IMG/VR virus record: IMGVR_UViG_3300028833_000010
Length of the DNA stretch: 64,000 nucleotides
DNA from: a virus
Strand: one strand, 5' to 3'
Both the position numbers and the translations under genes were made by a program. Positions 63,322-64,000 of the stretch are shown here, piece by piece. How positions within the stretch are numbered: the stretch's first letter is position 1; every line of letters starts with the position of its first letter. Below the pieces are notes generated by a model, which ran no database searches, was not told the DNA's origin, and was given only the letters and a program-made list of their open reading frames with translations.

Positions 63322-64000
63322 ATGGACAAGAAATTAACAGAATTTTTTGAGAATAAGGGGTTTGAGGTAGTGGAAAAGAAAACCACTACCCAAATTCTTA
63401 TTGAGAACTTACTTGCGTTCAGTGTGCGTGAGAAGAATGGAGGGTTGTTTGATATTTCAATCAACATGGTAAAGGATGAGGAAGAAAAGGAGAAGTTGAG
63501 AAAACGTATCAACCATGAAAGCTCTTCGGAGAATGAAGGTTGGAACATTGACTTGGAGAAAACTCCTATACTTCACAATGTAACGATAAGTCAGTTTGAA
63601 GCATTTTGCAAGCAAACTAAGCTCATTGCTCAGGTGAAACGTCTTTCTGAGTTCCGAGAGGTGCAGAGCGAATTTACGTTGGCAGTAGCAGAGAAGGGGG
63701 GCAAGACGTTGAAGTGGCGTTCAAACCTTCCTACAGAGAAGCATATTGTTGATGCAGTATTCAAAGGTAGTGAGTACACCCACCGCTCAGTAGGTTTGGG
63801 CGGTTTAACTCTTACTAATAAAGACATTGTGTTGGACTTGGGAGGTAATATCGGTGCTTTCACGTGCGACATATTCGATAAAGTCAAAAAGGTCATTGTA
63901 TTTGAACCTGAAGATGTGAACTATGAATTTCTATCTACGAACATAGAAGACAATGGAGCAAAGAATGTAATTGCCCATAAACAAGCAGTAGTTGGTAATG
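63322..64000 (+). CDS. SAM-dependent methyltransferase (FkbM-like), 3'-truncated by the window end
   Basis: ATG 63322 is 2 nt after the upstream stop and the frame stays open to nt 64000. Motif I VLDLGGNIGAFT and motif II-like KVIVFEPE are present. The gene is absent from the ORF track because it has no stop inside the window. Confidence 0.55.
   Translation, partial: MDKKLTEFFENKGFEVVEKKTTTQILIENLLAFSVREKNGGLFDISINMVKDEEEKEKLRKRINHESSSENEGWNIDLEKTPILHNVTISQFEAFCKQTKLIAQVKRLSEFREVQSEFTLAVAEKGGKTLKWRSNLPTEKHIVDAVFKGSEYTHRSVGLGGLTLTNKDIVLDLGGNIGAFTCDIFDKVKKVIVFEPEDVNYEFLSTNIEDNGAKNVIAHKQAVVGN

Noticed and set aside
1-64000. Lysogeny or mobile-element functions (integrase, recombinase, transposase, repressor/antirepressor switch, att-like repeats).
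   Set aside because: I recognised no tyrosine- or serine-recombinase or DDE motifs in any ORF. The content looks like a virulent phage, although the rest of the genome is unseen.

Overview
The window is a contiguous block from a large tailed dsDNA phage. Every credible gene is on the + strand. I saw no rRNA, tRNA, CRISPR array, integrase or transposase. Host is probably Bacteroidota: the repeated promoters have TTTG (-33) / TAnnTT(C/T)G (-7) geometry, most genes lack Shine-Dalgarno sequences, and the DNA is AT-rich. Layout: (i) 1-17.2 kb is a tail/baseplate module with chaperone-like ORFs, tape measure, M23 peptidase, baseplate-J-like protein and a long fibre with YadA-like repeats. (ii) 17.6-40.1 kb is a replication/recombination/nucleotide-metabolism module. 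It holds an SF2 helicase, DnaB-like helicase, primase, sigma-like factor, ThyA-fold enzyme, DnaE-type polymerase, HD and MazG-like enzymes, gp32-like SSB, RecA/UvsX-like protein, SbcCD/gp46-47-like pair, RuvC-like protein and a UvrD-like helicase. (iii) 40.1-52.4 kb is an accessory region of small ORFs cut into short units by terminator-promoter cassettes. (iv) 52.4-64 kb holds HU, a DnaQ-like exonuclease, large terminase, dUTPase, a second UvrD-like helicase, a FEN-like nuclease, and a candidate DNA base-hypermodification enzyme followed by a methyltransferase that runs off the window end. The strongest lead is a dispersed candidate pathway for non-canonical (thymidine-type) DNA modification with an unusual methyltransferase partner. 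Other leads are two structured G-rich intergenic regions, a family of poly-acidic/poly-basic HeH-motif proteins sharing a module with the SSB tail, several paralogous early-protein families, and at least two recurrent regulatory motifs. All family assignments come from motifs I recognised by eye. No database search or computation was run.
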